This document shows, in pieces, positions 19,638-28,049 of a DNA stretch of 64,000 bases. The DNA lies in assembly GCA_026416535.1 (NCBI GenBank), contig JAOAFA010000121.1, positions 12,153-76,152 of the forward strand, given 5' to 3'. The position numbers and the translations under genes are program-made. Source of the DNA: Deltaproteobacteria bacterium. GTDB taxonomy: Bacteria > Myxococcota > SpSt-1050. The notes under the pieces are model-generated. The model worked only from the letters and a program-made list of their open reading frames with translations, was not told the origin of the DNA and did no database searches. How positions within the stretch are numbered: the stretch's first letter is position 1; every line of letters begins with the position of its first letter.

Positions 19638-21101
19638 CTAATCGAAGATATTAAATTTGACTTCTCCTTTTGCTTTCTTATATCGTGCCTTTATGTCATC
19701 AATCATTTCTTTAACTCTTGGTGTATTTGGGGATACAATCCTTGGTGTTACAAAGATAGCAAGGTCGGTCTTCTTTTCCTGAAAGTTTCTGGATTTGAAT
19801 AATTCACCTAATATTGGTATATGACCCAGCAACGGAAGTTTACTTACATCCTTTGATTCGTCATTATGAAATAATCCTGATAGAATGATTGTCTCTCCGT
19901 GTTTGACTGTGACTTTTGTAGAAATCCTCCGTGTCTTAAAACCCGGTATTGATACTCCAGAATTTGGAAGCATTATAGAAAGGGAGCGGTCCACGTCACT
20001 TATTTCGGCATCAATGCTTGTCTGTATATTCCCCAAGGAGTCCGCATTCGGGGTTATCTCAAGTTTGACTCCGAAATCTTTATATTCCACACTCGCTGAA
20101 TCTCTGGTAATAAGTGGTATAGGTATCTGTCCACCTGATAGGAAGCTCGCCTTCTCGCCACTTGCTGATATCAGTTTTGGTTGTGCAAGAACTCTGGAGT
20201 AGCCATCATTAAACTGAAAGCCAAAGGCAAAGTCCGAACTTGCAGTGGCTATTCCACTCGTAGTAATTGTTCTTGATGATTCTCCAGAGCCTTTAATTAC
20301 ATTTACGTCATCATATCTAATCGTCCCTTGTAGATTTCCCGATATATCCGTTGGGTATTTGATCCCTATCTTATCAAACGAGCCCCTCTTTATCTCCACG
20401 AATTGTACCTCTAAAAGGACCATTCTTTTTATTCCTATTGTCACTAAGTTCTCTACTTGTTCTCCTACAGCCCTTATGATGATATCCATTTTTTTCATAT
20501 CCTCAGCTGATTCGACCGACCCCTCAAGATAAGCGATATTACCAACTACATTTGCATTGACATCTTTAATACCGTTTCTTTTTAGTGTCTCAACAAGTGC
20601 ATTCGCCGAGAGCCTTTTTGCATTGGGGTTTAGTTTGACGTTATTAGTTACATTTCCATAAAGCTTTGTTAGTTGGACAACACGGTCGTAATCTTCAGTG
20701 GTTATGGCATTCCCTTCAATTATCACTAACTCACCAACTTGGTTTACTTTGATACCTTCTCTATCACCAAGGAGTCTCTTTACATCAGCTATTGTCGCTT
20801 TTTGAGAAGAGGGGGTAACCTTTATTATATATTCTATTTGTTTGTTTCCTTTAAATACAACCATATTGGTCTCACCGGGTCCCATGCCTCGCACAATGAT
20901 CTGATTGCCGACTGCAGAGACTGAAGCAACCGATGAATCTCCCTCTACAACCTTTGTGGCGCCAGGTATGGAAAACGTCCTTGATTGACCTACACTAAGT
21001 ACGATTATGTTAGTAGACCCAGGTGGTAAGGAATCTTCAGTAGAGTAAAGATTACTTATTATCATCAGTGAGAAAATCAGGCTCAATAATGCTTTTTTCA
21101 T
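19638..21101 (-). CDS. cpaC: Tad/Flp pilus-type secretin (CpaC/RcpA family) with BON-like N-terminal domains
   Basis: Signal peptide MKKALLSLIFSLMIISNLYS. C-terminal secretin signature GETIILSGLFHNDESKDVSKLPLLGHIPILGELFKSRNFQEKKTDLAIFVTPRIV. Confidence 0.88.
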   Translation of the reverse strand: MKKALLSLIFSLMIISNLYSTEDSLPPGSTNIIVLSVGQSRTFSIPGATKVVEGDSSVASVSAVGNQIIVRGMGPGETNMVVFKGNKQIEYIIKVTPSSQKATIADVKRLLGDREGIKVNQVGELVIIEGNAITTEDYDRVVQLTKLYGNVTNNVKLNPNAKRLSANALVETLKRNGIKDVNANVVGNIAYLEGSVESAEDMKKMDIIIRAVGEQVENLVTIGIKRMVLLEVQFVEIKRGSFDKIGIKYPTDISGNLQGTIRYDDVNVIKGSGESSRTITTSGIATASSDFAFGFQFNDGYSRVLAQPKLISASGEKASFLSGGQIPIPLITRDSASVEYKDFGVKLEITPNADSLGNIQTSIDAEISDVDRSLSIMLPNSGVSIPGFKTRRISTKVTVKHGETIILSGLFHNDESKDVSKLPLLGHIPILGELFKSRNFQEKKTDLAIFVTPRIVSPNTPRVKEMIDDIKARYKKAKGEVKFNIFD

Positions 21102-21203
21102 AATGTAAGCTCCCAAAAACTTTAATGGAAATATAATATATTTAAGTAATAGGAGTTGTCAATTTTTATTACAGAATTTATTTTATAACCCCCTATAAAC
21201 TTA

Positions 21204-21241
21204 TTGATTGCCACTAATGGATTATCATTTTTGATTGGCAC
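21204..21241. promoter_or_regulatory. Two copies of an 11-mer direct repeat, TTGATTGCCAC and TTGATTGGCAC, spaced 27 bp apart, upstream of cpaC
   Basis: Seen directly at 21204-21214 and 21231-21241. Candidate regulator binding sites. Confidence 0.35.
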
Positions 21242-21732
21242 CTTAATTTTTGTTTTGTATATTTATAATCAAGAGCTTTGATTAATAGACACAAAGATGA
21301 TGGACTATTTAATAATCTGGTATTATTCCTAAAGTTAATTTTACTTTTGAAATGTCACATTTACTTAATACTCTTCTCCATGGGTGATTTAATGCTGTTT
21401 GTATCTCTTCTTTCTCTCCAACTTCATCAATCCCAAATACTAAAAATTCTTCTCCTCTCTCTGTTTCTGCCTCAAATTATTCTTTTCCTCTATCTTCTAA
21501 GTATGATAACTCTTTACCTTCCCATAAAATCTCTATCTATCCTTCCATCCAGAAGTTCGCATATCTCTACCCATCTTCCAACAGAAACTCTTTATACTGA
21601 CCAAAGGAAGGAGTTAGTATAGCTCTTCTCGCAAAATCTAATTGTATTCTCCTTGTTTACATTTCTTGTCTGCTTTATTAAAAAGATTCAGAGACCTGAA
21701 CAAAAAGTGACATTTCAACTTAGTAATATCCT

Positions 21733-21757
21733 GTGACATTTTAAAATAGTGATCACA
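21733..21757. promoter_or_regulatory. Inverted repeat TGTGA-N16-TCACA containing the perfect palindrome GTGATCAC, about 100 bp upstream of the RHH gene
   Basis: Seen directly. The related motif GT(G/C)ACATTT also occurs at 21354, 21707 and 21734. Confidence 0.3.
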
Positions 21758-21862
21758 CATTTTCAAATTTTGCTTGATTTATTAAAAATTGATAGTATAT
21801 TATTTACATTATATGTTATGCTTTATATGGTAACATAATTATTCGTTATAAAGGAGCTTGAG

Positions 21863-22051
21863 ATGGAAGGTAAGAAGATTTCTACAACAGTTTATATAAC
21901 TGAGGAGCAAAAGAGGAAACTTGAAATCCTACATAAGAAGACAAATGTGCCTATAGCTGTATACATAAGGAAGGGTATTGATATGGTGCTTGATGCCAAT
22001 AAGGATAAGTTAACCGAGCAGATTAATTTACCGGGGCAAATTGGAAAGTAG
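21863..22051 (+). CDS. Ribbon-helix-helix (CopG/Arc/MetJ-like) small DNA-binding protein
   Basis: 62 aa. TVYITEEQKRKLEILHKKTNVPIAVYIRKGIDMVL matches the RHH beta-strand plus two-helix pattern. RBS AAGGAG. Confidence 0.6.
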   Translation: MEGKKISTTVYITEEQKRKLEILHKKTNVPIAVYIRKGIDMVLDANKDKLTEQINLPGQIGK

Positions 22052-22054
22052 TTG

Positions 22055-22981
22055 ATGAGAGTTTTAGTAACTGGTGGTGCGGGTTTTATAGGTTCTAATG
22101 TAGTTGATGCCTATGTAGAGAAGGGATATGAGGTCTTAATTCTGGATAATCTTTCGACTGGGAAGGAAGAGAATCTCAATAAAAAAGCGAAATTTGTAAA
22201 GGCAGATGTAAGAGATTTTGAGGCGGTTAAGAAGATAGTTAGTGATTTTAAACCTGATGTTGTAAGTCACCATGCAGCACAGATTGATGTAAGAAAATCA
22301 GTAGAAGATCCACAATTCGATGCTGAGGTTAATATTATAGGGATTATCAATCTTCTTCAGGCTATAAAGGATTATAATGTGAAAAAATTTATATTTGCTT
22401 CTTCGGGCGGGGCATCTTATGGAGAACAAATATATTTTCCAGCTGACGAGGAGCATCCACAAAATCCAGAAAGTCCTTATGGGATATGTAAGTTGACATC
22501 AGAAAAGTATTTGAGATACTACAAGAGAGCCTTTGGTCTTTCATATATATCTTTGAGATATTCCAATGTATATGGCCCAAGACAAGATCCTCTAGGAGAG
22601 GCTGGGGTTGTTGCTATTTTTACCAGTAGATTACTGAGAAAGGAGCCTTGTGTGATTTATGGGGATGGCAAACAAACACGGGATTACATATTTATTGCTG
22701 ATGTTGTGGAGGCGAATCTAGCGGCAATTGGCTCAACTTATAATGGGCCTATTAACGTAGGAACCGGTATTGAGACAGATGTAAATACGATTTATTCACT
22801 CTTGTGTGAAATAACTGGATTTAGTGGGGAGGCAGTGTATGCTCCAGCAAGGGTTGGTGAACAGAGAAGATCGGTGATATCAAATAATCTATTAAAAGAG
22901 GTATTAGGTGTAGAAAATCTTACCCCACTTAGGATAGGTCTTGAAAAGACGGTTGAATATTTTAGATCTACTGCTTTATAG
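22055..22981 (+). CDS. NAD-dependent epimerase/dehydratase (extended SDR; UDP-sugar 4-epimerase-like)
   Basis: VLVTGGAGFIGSNVVDAYVEKGYEV is the Rossmann motif. Catalytic YGICK (YxxxK). Confidence 0.85.
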   Translation: MRVLVTGGAGFIGSNVVDAYVEKGYEVLILDNLSTGKEENLNKKAKFVKADVRDFEAVKKIVSDFKPDVVSHHAAQIDVRKSVEDPQFDAEVNIIGIINLLQAIKDYNVKKFIFASSGGASYGEQIYFPADEEHPQNPESPYGICKLTSEKYLRYYKRAFGLSYISLRYSNVYGPRQDPLGEAGVVAIFTSRLLRKEPCVIYGDGKQTRDYIFIADVVEANLAAIGSTYNGPINVGTGIETDVNTIYSLLCEITGFSGEAVYAPARVGEQRRSVISNNLLKEVLGVENLTPLRIGLEKTVEYFRSTAL

Positions 22982-24458
22982 AAACTGATTTTAGGGTTTT
23001 ATATCCTTTTAGTCCATAGAAAACATTGAGAGAAATATTCTGATCGTCGATAAATACAAAGGTTTGCATGAGATTACGGTTTTGTAATGAGTACAAGTCG
23101 AGATTGTAAATCCATGTCCCAGAGTTAATTAGATATTTTAATTCGTCGACCATGAGAAATCGTGGAAAGTGTGTGTGGCCAAAAATAACATACCTGAGTT
23201 CGGGAATTTTTAAAAGCCTCTTTGCTACTTCAATCTCCTCGGGGAATGGTCTATCAATCTCTTCGGGTTGGGATGAGATCTCTTTTGTTATAGAACGATG
23301 GACATCTATTATTAATGCAACTATTAGCAATATTACAATAGGAATCCAAAAGAATTTCATTACTCCATATATTAGAATCCCAAAGGATATTCCGATAAGT
23401 ATTCTAAAGAAGATATTTATTGGATAGGCAATCGTGGGTTTCTTACCAAAGACATTGCTTATGAATTTTCCCACAATGTAAAAACCAGTACTTATGATTA
23501 AGAATATTGAGAATTCTGTGAGGGATGATAGAGTAAAATCTATAGCCTGATCTAAATTCGATTTTTTGCTTACGTCCAAAAAGAATAGTCCTTTTATGAA
23601 GAAGAAGGAGACCATAAATATAATCGTCAATAGAGTCAATCCGCCAAAGTTTAAAAGATTTGTAAGTGATGCAGATATGAGCTCTGGTTTTGAGAGTCTC
23701 TTTTCATCTATGGACTTTCTAATAAGGTTGGAGGGATTGAAATCCCTTTTAGCCATATGGAAGAACATATCTAAGAAATAGTCAAATCTAAATACCCAGA
23801 ATAGGGGTCTTTGAGCTATGGCGAGACTAATCGATGCTGTCATTGGTCTTATCTTGTCAATAAATGGGAACGATTTTTCTAATTTGTTCCAAAGTATCTT
23901 CACAAGGATTGAACCGAATGGAAGCTCAATGTGCTTTTTCTTGATGTCATGAAAAGGCGATTGAAAGTTTGAGAACGAATTTAATTTATCAAACTGGTTC
24001 CCGTGTTCTACATAAACACCTTTTTCTTCAATATAATATCCGTACTCTGGAAATAATATCTGGTCTTTATGCTCTTCTCCTATTAGTTCCCTGAATTTTT
24101 TCTGTACTGTATCGAATGCAAACTCTGCATCGTGATTCCCCTTTAAGACTACGATCTGATTTCTCGGGTTTTTCAGGAAATTTGAGAGTGTGCCAAAAAA
24201 TGTTTGATGTCTTTTGTATACCCTATCAAGTATCTTGGCTGATGAGTCTGAGTCATTGTAGAGTCTCGGGTTCCCTTGCAGCGATGTTTCGGATGGATAT
24301 GATTGTAGAAAATCTATAGTATCACCGTTAAAGATTAGTGTTGTTGGCTCACCCCTACTCATTAGGTTTAGCATCTGTGCAAAATCCTCATCAGAGTAAA
24401 AGTCGTCCAATAATTCCTCTGTTGAGAGGTGTAAATCTGATACAATTATGTAGTTCAA
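22968..24458 (-). CDS. Membrane-embedded calcineurin-like metallophosphoesterase (catalytic motifs interrupted by a 3-4 TM insertion)
   Basis: Motifs in order: SDLHL, GDTIDF, GNHD, EHGN, then hydrophobic helices at roughly residues 265-385, then GHTHFP. The start is TTG with a strong GGGAGGAG RBS. The 3' end overlaps the epimerase 3' end, convergently. Confidence 0.7.
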   Translation of the reverse strand: MNYIIVSDLHLSTEELLDDFYSDEDFAQMLNLMSRGEPTTLIFNGDTIDFLQSYPSETSLQGNPRLYNDSDSSAKILDRVYKRHQTFFGTLSNFLKNPRNQIVVLKGNHDAEFAFDTVQKKFRELIGEEHKDQILFPEYGYYIEEKGVYVEHGNQFDKLNSFSNFQSPFHDIKKKHIELPFGSILVKILWNKLEKSFPFIDKIRPMTASISLAIAQRPLFWVFRFDYFLDMFFHMAKRDFNPSNLIRKSIDEKRLSKPELISASLTNLLNFGGLTLLTIIFMVSFFFIKGLFFLDVSKKSNLDQAIDFTLSSLTEFSIFLIISTGFYIVGKFISNVFGKKPTIAYPINIFFRILIGISFGILIYGVMKFFWIPIVILLIVALIIDVHRSITKEISSQPEEIDRPFPEEIEVAKRLLKIPELRYVIFGHTHFPRFLMVDELKYLINSGTWIYNLDLYSLQNRNLMQTFVFIDDQNISLNVFYGLKGYKTLKSVSIKQ

Positions 24459-24890
24459 TTTAATCTCCTCCCGTATATTTTTATACCAAACACTGAGTTT
24501 ATTACAATTAAAAATGGTTTGGATTTTGGAACTATACCCATTAGTGTTGCTATTGAAAATAACACAGTGTTGATTTGTTCTTTTATGGCCTGACTCGCGA
24601 CTATGGAGTGATAGTTGTTTATAACTTAGATTGGCCTAATACAAATGTGTCTCAGTTTGGAGATATTTTTAGTATATTCAAGGAGATAGGAGTGGGACCA
24701 AGATCTAAGGCTTAAAATCTGGATCTAGATATGTTACTCAATACAGCGAGTGCCTATTTTCGACAGCTTTTGGTCCTAAAAGTGTGGTTACAAAATCATT
24801 TATTGGTAGTATGGTGTAGATATGTAAATAAATTTTTATATTGAAGAATGTAAATATTGGTGGTAATTGAAAATGTTATTGAGGGGTTAT

Positions 24891-26291
24891 ATGAAACGTA
24901 AAGAACTTATTGGAAAGATATTGATAGAGAGGCTAATGATAAATGAGTCTATTGTTATAAACGCCCTTACAAGGCAAAAAACAGATAAGATGAGGATATG
25001 CTCTCAAATTTTGAAGGCTGGGGCGTTATCTGAGGAAGTTCTTGCAAGGGCGCTTAGTTATCAATATGGTATTCCTGCTATTGTTTTGGGTAAGTCTCAG
25101 ATACTCTTGTCGAATCTTGGAATAGTGCCCTATCATATAGCTCGTCAAAATCAGATCTTACCGGTAGCAACTAGCGGGGAGAAGGTTATATTGGCCATGC
25201 GTGATCCTGAAAATACTCAGATAATCTCCGAGATTGAGTTTATCTCTGGGAAGAAGGTAATGCCTCACATCGCACTTGAATTTATGCTTTCTATATCAAT
25301 TGACGAGGCATATAGATTATACAAGTTGAGTCGTGAGGGACTACTGAGAGGGAAGGATATACCATCAAATGCCATAAAAGAGGAACACATCGAAGTTGCA
25401 ATTGCGGAGTTGTCGGTAGAGCCTGAGCTAGCCGGCCCTGATAGATTTGAAGTTGTCTCAATGCAAGATGACATAGAAAATATTACAAGAGGAAGAGATA
25501 TTGCTGATGAGTTCAGAGATAGGAATAAACCTCTTATATGTATAGTTGATGATGAACCAGAGATAAGGACCCTATTGAAGAAGATTGTAATCTCAGAGGG
25601 CTACGATACTGTAGAATTTTCACGTGGTGATGAGGCATTTAGGTCTATCCCTAAGGTCTTACCAGATTTGATCATTTTGGACGCCATGTTGCCAGGTATG
25701 CATGGATTCGATATATGTAAGGCGTTAAAGACGGACTCGAAGTTAAGAAATATCCCAATAATCATAGTAAGTGCAGTTTATACAGGTTGGAGATTTATGG
25801 AAGATATTAAGAAGACTCATGGGGCAGATGATTATATAGAAAAGCCGTTCAGAATAGATATGCTTACTAATAAAATCAAGGCATTGCTTAGAAAGGTGGC
25901 ACCACATTCGGGAACTACAACTGGAGAGTTGAGTATAGATGTAAAGAACCTTTATAATAGTGCAGTGAGACTCTATAAAGAGGGAGATATAGATGGTGCT
26001 ATATACCAATTTAAAAAGGGAATAGAGAAGGACAATTTTTACTATAGGCTTCATTACGGGCTTGCACTCTGCTATCAGAGTAAAAAGGAAGATTATATGG
26101 CCATATCCGAACTTGAAAAGACTGTAGAACTCAAACCCGATTTTTTACCAGCCTTAAAGGCTCTAGCCCTTCTATACCAACAGAAGGGTTTTAGAAATAA
26201 GGCAGTAGAGGCATGGGAGCGGGCATTGAATGTTGCCTCAGATGAGGAGACGAGAACAAAGATTAAGGAATATCTCATCAAGATTTTGTAG
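24891..26291 (+). CDS. Regulator with N-terminal T2SSE_N/MshEN-like domain, central receiver (REC) domain and C-terminal TPR repeats
   Basis: T2SSE_N pattern LIGKILIERLMINESIVINALTRQ...ILPVATSGEKVILAMRDPENTQIISEIEFISGKKV. REC domain ICIVDDEPEIRTLL...DLIILDAMLPGMHGFDICKALK. TPR-like tail. GAGGGG RBS before the ATG at 24891. Confidence 0.75.
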   Translation: MKRKELIGKILIERLMINESIVINALTRQKTDKMRICSQILKAGALSEEVLARALSYQYGIPAIVLGKSQILLSNLGIVPYHIARQNQILPVATSGEKVILAMRDPENTQIISEIEFISGKKVMPHIALEFMLSISIDEAYRLYKLSREGLLRGKDIPSNAIKEEHIEVAIAELSVEPELAGPDRFEVVSMQDDIENITRGRDIADEFRDRNKPLICIVDDEPEIRTLLKKIVISEGYDTVEFSRGDEAFRSIPKVLPDLIILDAMLPGMHGFDICKALKTDSKLRNIPIIIVSAVYTGWRFMEDIKKTHGADDYIEKPFRIDMLTNKIKALLRKVAPHSGTTTGELSIDVKNLYNSAVRLYKEGDIDGAIYQFKKGIEKDNFYYRLHYGLALCYQSKKEDYMAISELEKTVELKPDFLPALKALALLYQQKGFRNKAVEAWERALNVASDEETRTKIKEYLIKIL

Positions 26292-26297
26292 TACCGT

Positions 26298-28049
26298 ATG
26301 AAATTTTCCTGCAATAGTTGCAATGCGAGATATAATCTGCCGGATGAGAAATTTGCTGGCAAGGTTATAACTCTTACTTGTAAGAAGTGTGGAGTTAAGA
26401 TAGTAGTAAAACCATCTAATCCCTCGCATGGTATGCAATCACAAAAAGAGGGCTCTAATTTGGGAACAAGTTTAGTGGCCGCGGATCTGCAGATTGAAAA
26501 ATCGACTAAAAGGCAGGAGTTAAAGAGAAAGGATCTTACAACAAGGTCTACTGTTGGAGAAAAAAGGTATGATAAATCTTTCGAGGGAGATAAGGCATTA
26601 GAGAAGGGTGTGAGTTCTGTTAGAATGGATGTGAAAAAAGTGGGAGAGGTAGATAGTATCAGGTCGGTTGATGAGAGATATAAAGGCGTTAAGGGGAAGG
26701 AAGAGAGGTTAGAGAGGAACCGTGAAGTTAAAAGTGAGAAGTTGGAGGAGGAAGACAAGGAATTAGCAGTTTGGTATTACTCACGTGGTGGTGAACAGAA
26801 GGGACCGTTCACTGATGAAGAAATTAGAGAGTTAGTAGAGAGCAATGTAATAACTCCAAAGACATTTATATGGAAAGATGGGATGTTGGACTGGATGAGG
26901 GCATCGACGGTTGTAGAATTTAAACACTTTTTTGAAGGTAAACCTAGCAAGGAACCTGTGGTAAAAGAGGTTGTAGAATCTTTGGGTTTAGAGGAATTAG
27001 ATAAAAAATTCAAGGATCAAAAGGTTGGGGAGAGGATTCAGGAAGTGGATGTTTTGGGTAGTGAGGGAGCAGATAAGGGTGGGGGAACTCAGGAAGACTT
27101 CTTTTCCATAGGATTTGGTCAAAATACTCAAAAATCTCCTGAGGAGGATTGGACTAAGATACCACTGTCTAATGAGGTGTCAGAAGAGCCTCGTGAAAAT
27201 ACGAGGATCGTGATTATGAAGGCAGGGCTCTCTGAGGCAGCAAAGAAAAAAAGGGTAATAATGGGGATTGTTGTGGCCGTATTTTTGCTTAGTGTATTTT
27301 TGTTCGTATTTATTAGAAATCTTGAACCTATCCTCTCGGCAGTTGGTGTCCAGGTTAAAAGTGGGATCGACCTCGAAATGGAGGATTTAGATAAAGATAC
27401 CCTTTCTAAGATGACACCTGAAGAACAGGAGAAATACAGAAAGGCACTCCTTGGTATAAAAGAGACGAAAAAGCTTACAAAGGAACAAAAGAGGACTATA
27501 GCAATGGCTATTACTCAAAGGAAAGACTCTGATATGGTTAGTATTCTTGAAAGTGCAAAGGTTGATACTTCGAGCATAATTTATGATAACCTTGGGAGAG
27601 AAAGAATGGGGCCTCAAGGAGGTATAACCACTTCAGTGGATATTGATTCAAGGCTCGCTAATTTGGGTATTAACACAAAGATTGAAGGTGTTGATTTGAG
27701 TTCTAGGGGAATCAAGCAGGATGTGGATCTTTCACAGAAATTGCCCGATAAGGTTGATACTCTTAGTGAAGACATAGTTATGAGTATAGTCAATAAGAAC
27801 AGAAGTTCTGTGAAATACTGCTATGAGAGGCACCTTAGGGCTAGTAGTTTCTTGGAAGGTAAGGCGGTCTTCAAGATTACTATTCATAATTCTGGTTCTG
27901 TCTCAAAGGTTGATTCACTCTCCAAACAGATTTCAGGAAGTCTTTTTGAAGATTGTATTATCAAGGAGATTAGAAAGTGGGTTTTCCCAAAGTTTTCTGG
28001 TGACCCTATTGTCTTTGAGATACCGTTTGTCTTGACCTCTGTGAATTGA
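26298..28049 (+). CDS. GltJ-like bitopic protein: N-terminal zinc ribbon, GYF-like (DUF4339) domain, single TM helix, C-terminal TonB-C-like domain
   Basis: Zinc ribbon CNSCNARYNLPDEKFAGKVITLTCKKCG. GYF-like WYYSRGGEQKGPFTDEEIRELVESNVITPKTFIWKDGMLDWMRAS. TM helix IMGIVVAVFLLSVFLFVFI. TonB_C-like end FLEGKAVFKITIHNSGSVSKVDSL...IIKEIRKWVFPKF. Confidence 0.65.
   Translation: MKFSCNSCNARYNLPDEKFAGKVITLTCKKCGVKIVVKPSNPSHGMQSQKEGSNLGTSLVAADLQIEKSTKRQELKRKDLTTRSTVGEKRYDKSFEGDKALEKGVSSVRMDVKKVGEVDSIRSVDERYKGVKGKEERLERNREVKSEKLEEEDKELAVWYYSRGGEQKGPFTDEEIRELVESNVITPKTFIWKDGMLDWMRASTVVEFKHFFEGKPSKEPVVKEVVESLGLEELDKKFKDQKVGERIQEVDVLGSEGADKGGGTQEDFFSIGFGQNTQKSPEEDWTKIPLSNEVSEEPRENTRIVIMKAGLSEAAKKKRVIMGIVVAVFLLSVFLFVFIRNLEPILSAVGVQVKSGIDLEMEDLDKDTLSKMTPEEQEKYRKALLGIKETKKLTKEQKRTIAMAITQRKDSDMVSILESAKVDTSSIIYDNLGRERMGPQGGITTSVDIDSRLANLGINTKIEGVDLSSRGIKQDVDLSQKLPDKVDTLSEDIVMSIVNKNRSSVKYCYERHLRASSFLEGKAVFKITIHNSGSVSKVDSLSKQISGSLFEDCIIKEIRKWVFPKFSGDPIVFEIPFVLTSVN

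Noticed and set aside
21230-21250. Possible sigma-54 promoter TGGCAC-N5-TTTTTG
   Set aside because: The -24 GG is present but the obligatory -12 GC is missing. Treated instead as one copy of the TTGATTG(C/G)CAC repeat.
21278-21622. 114-aa ORF (LLLSLFLPQIILFLYLL...)
   Set aside because: This is a translation artefact of the polypyrimidine tract. It is low-complexity Leu/Ser/Phe with no start context.
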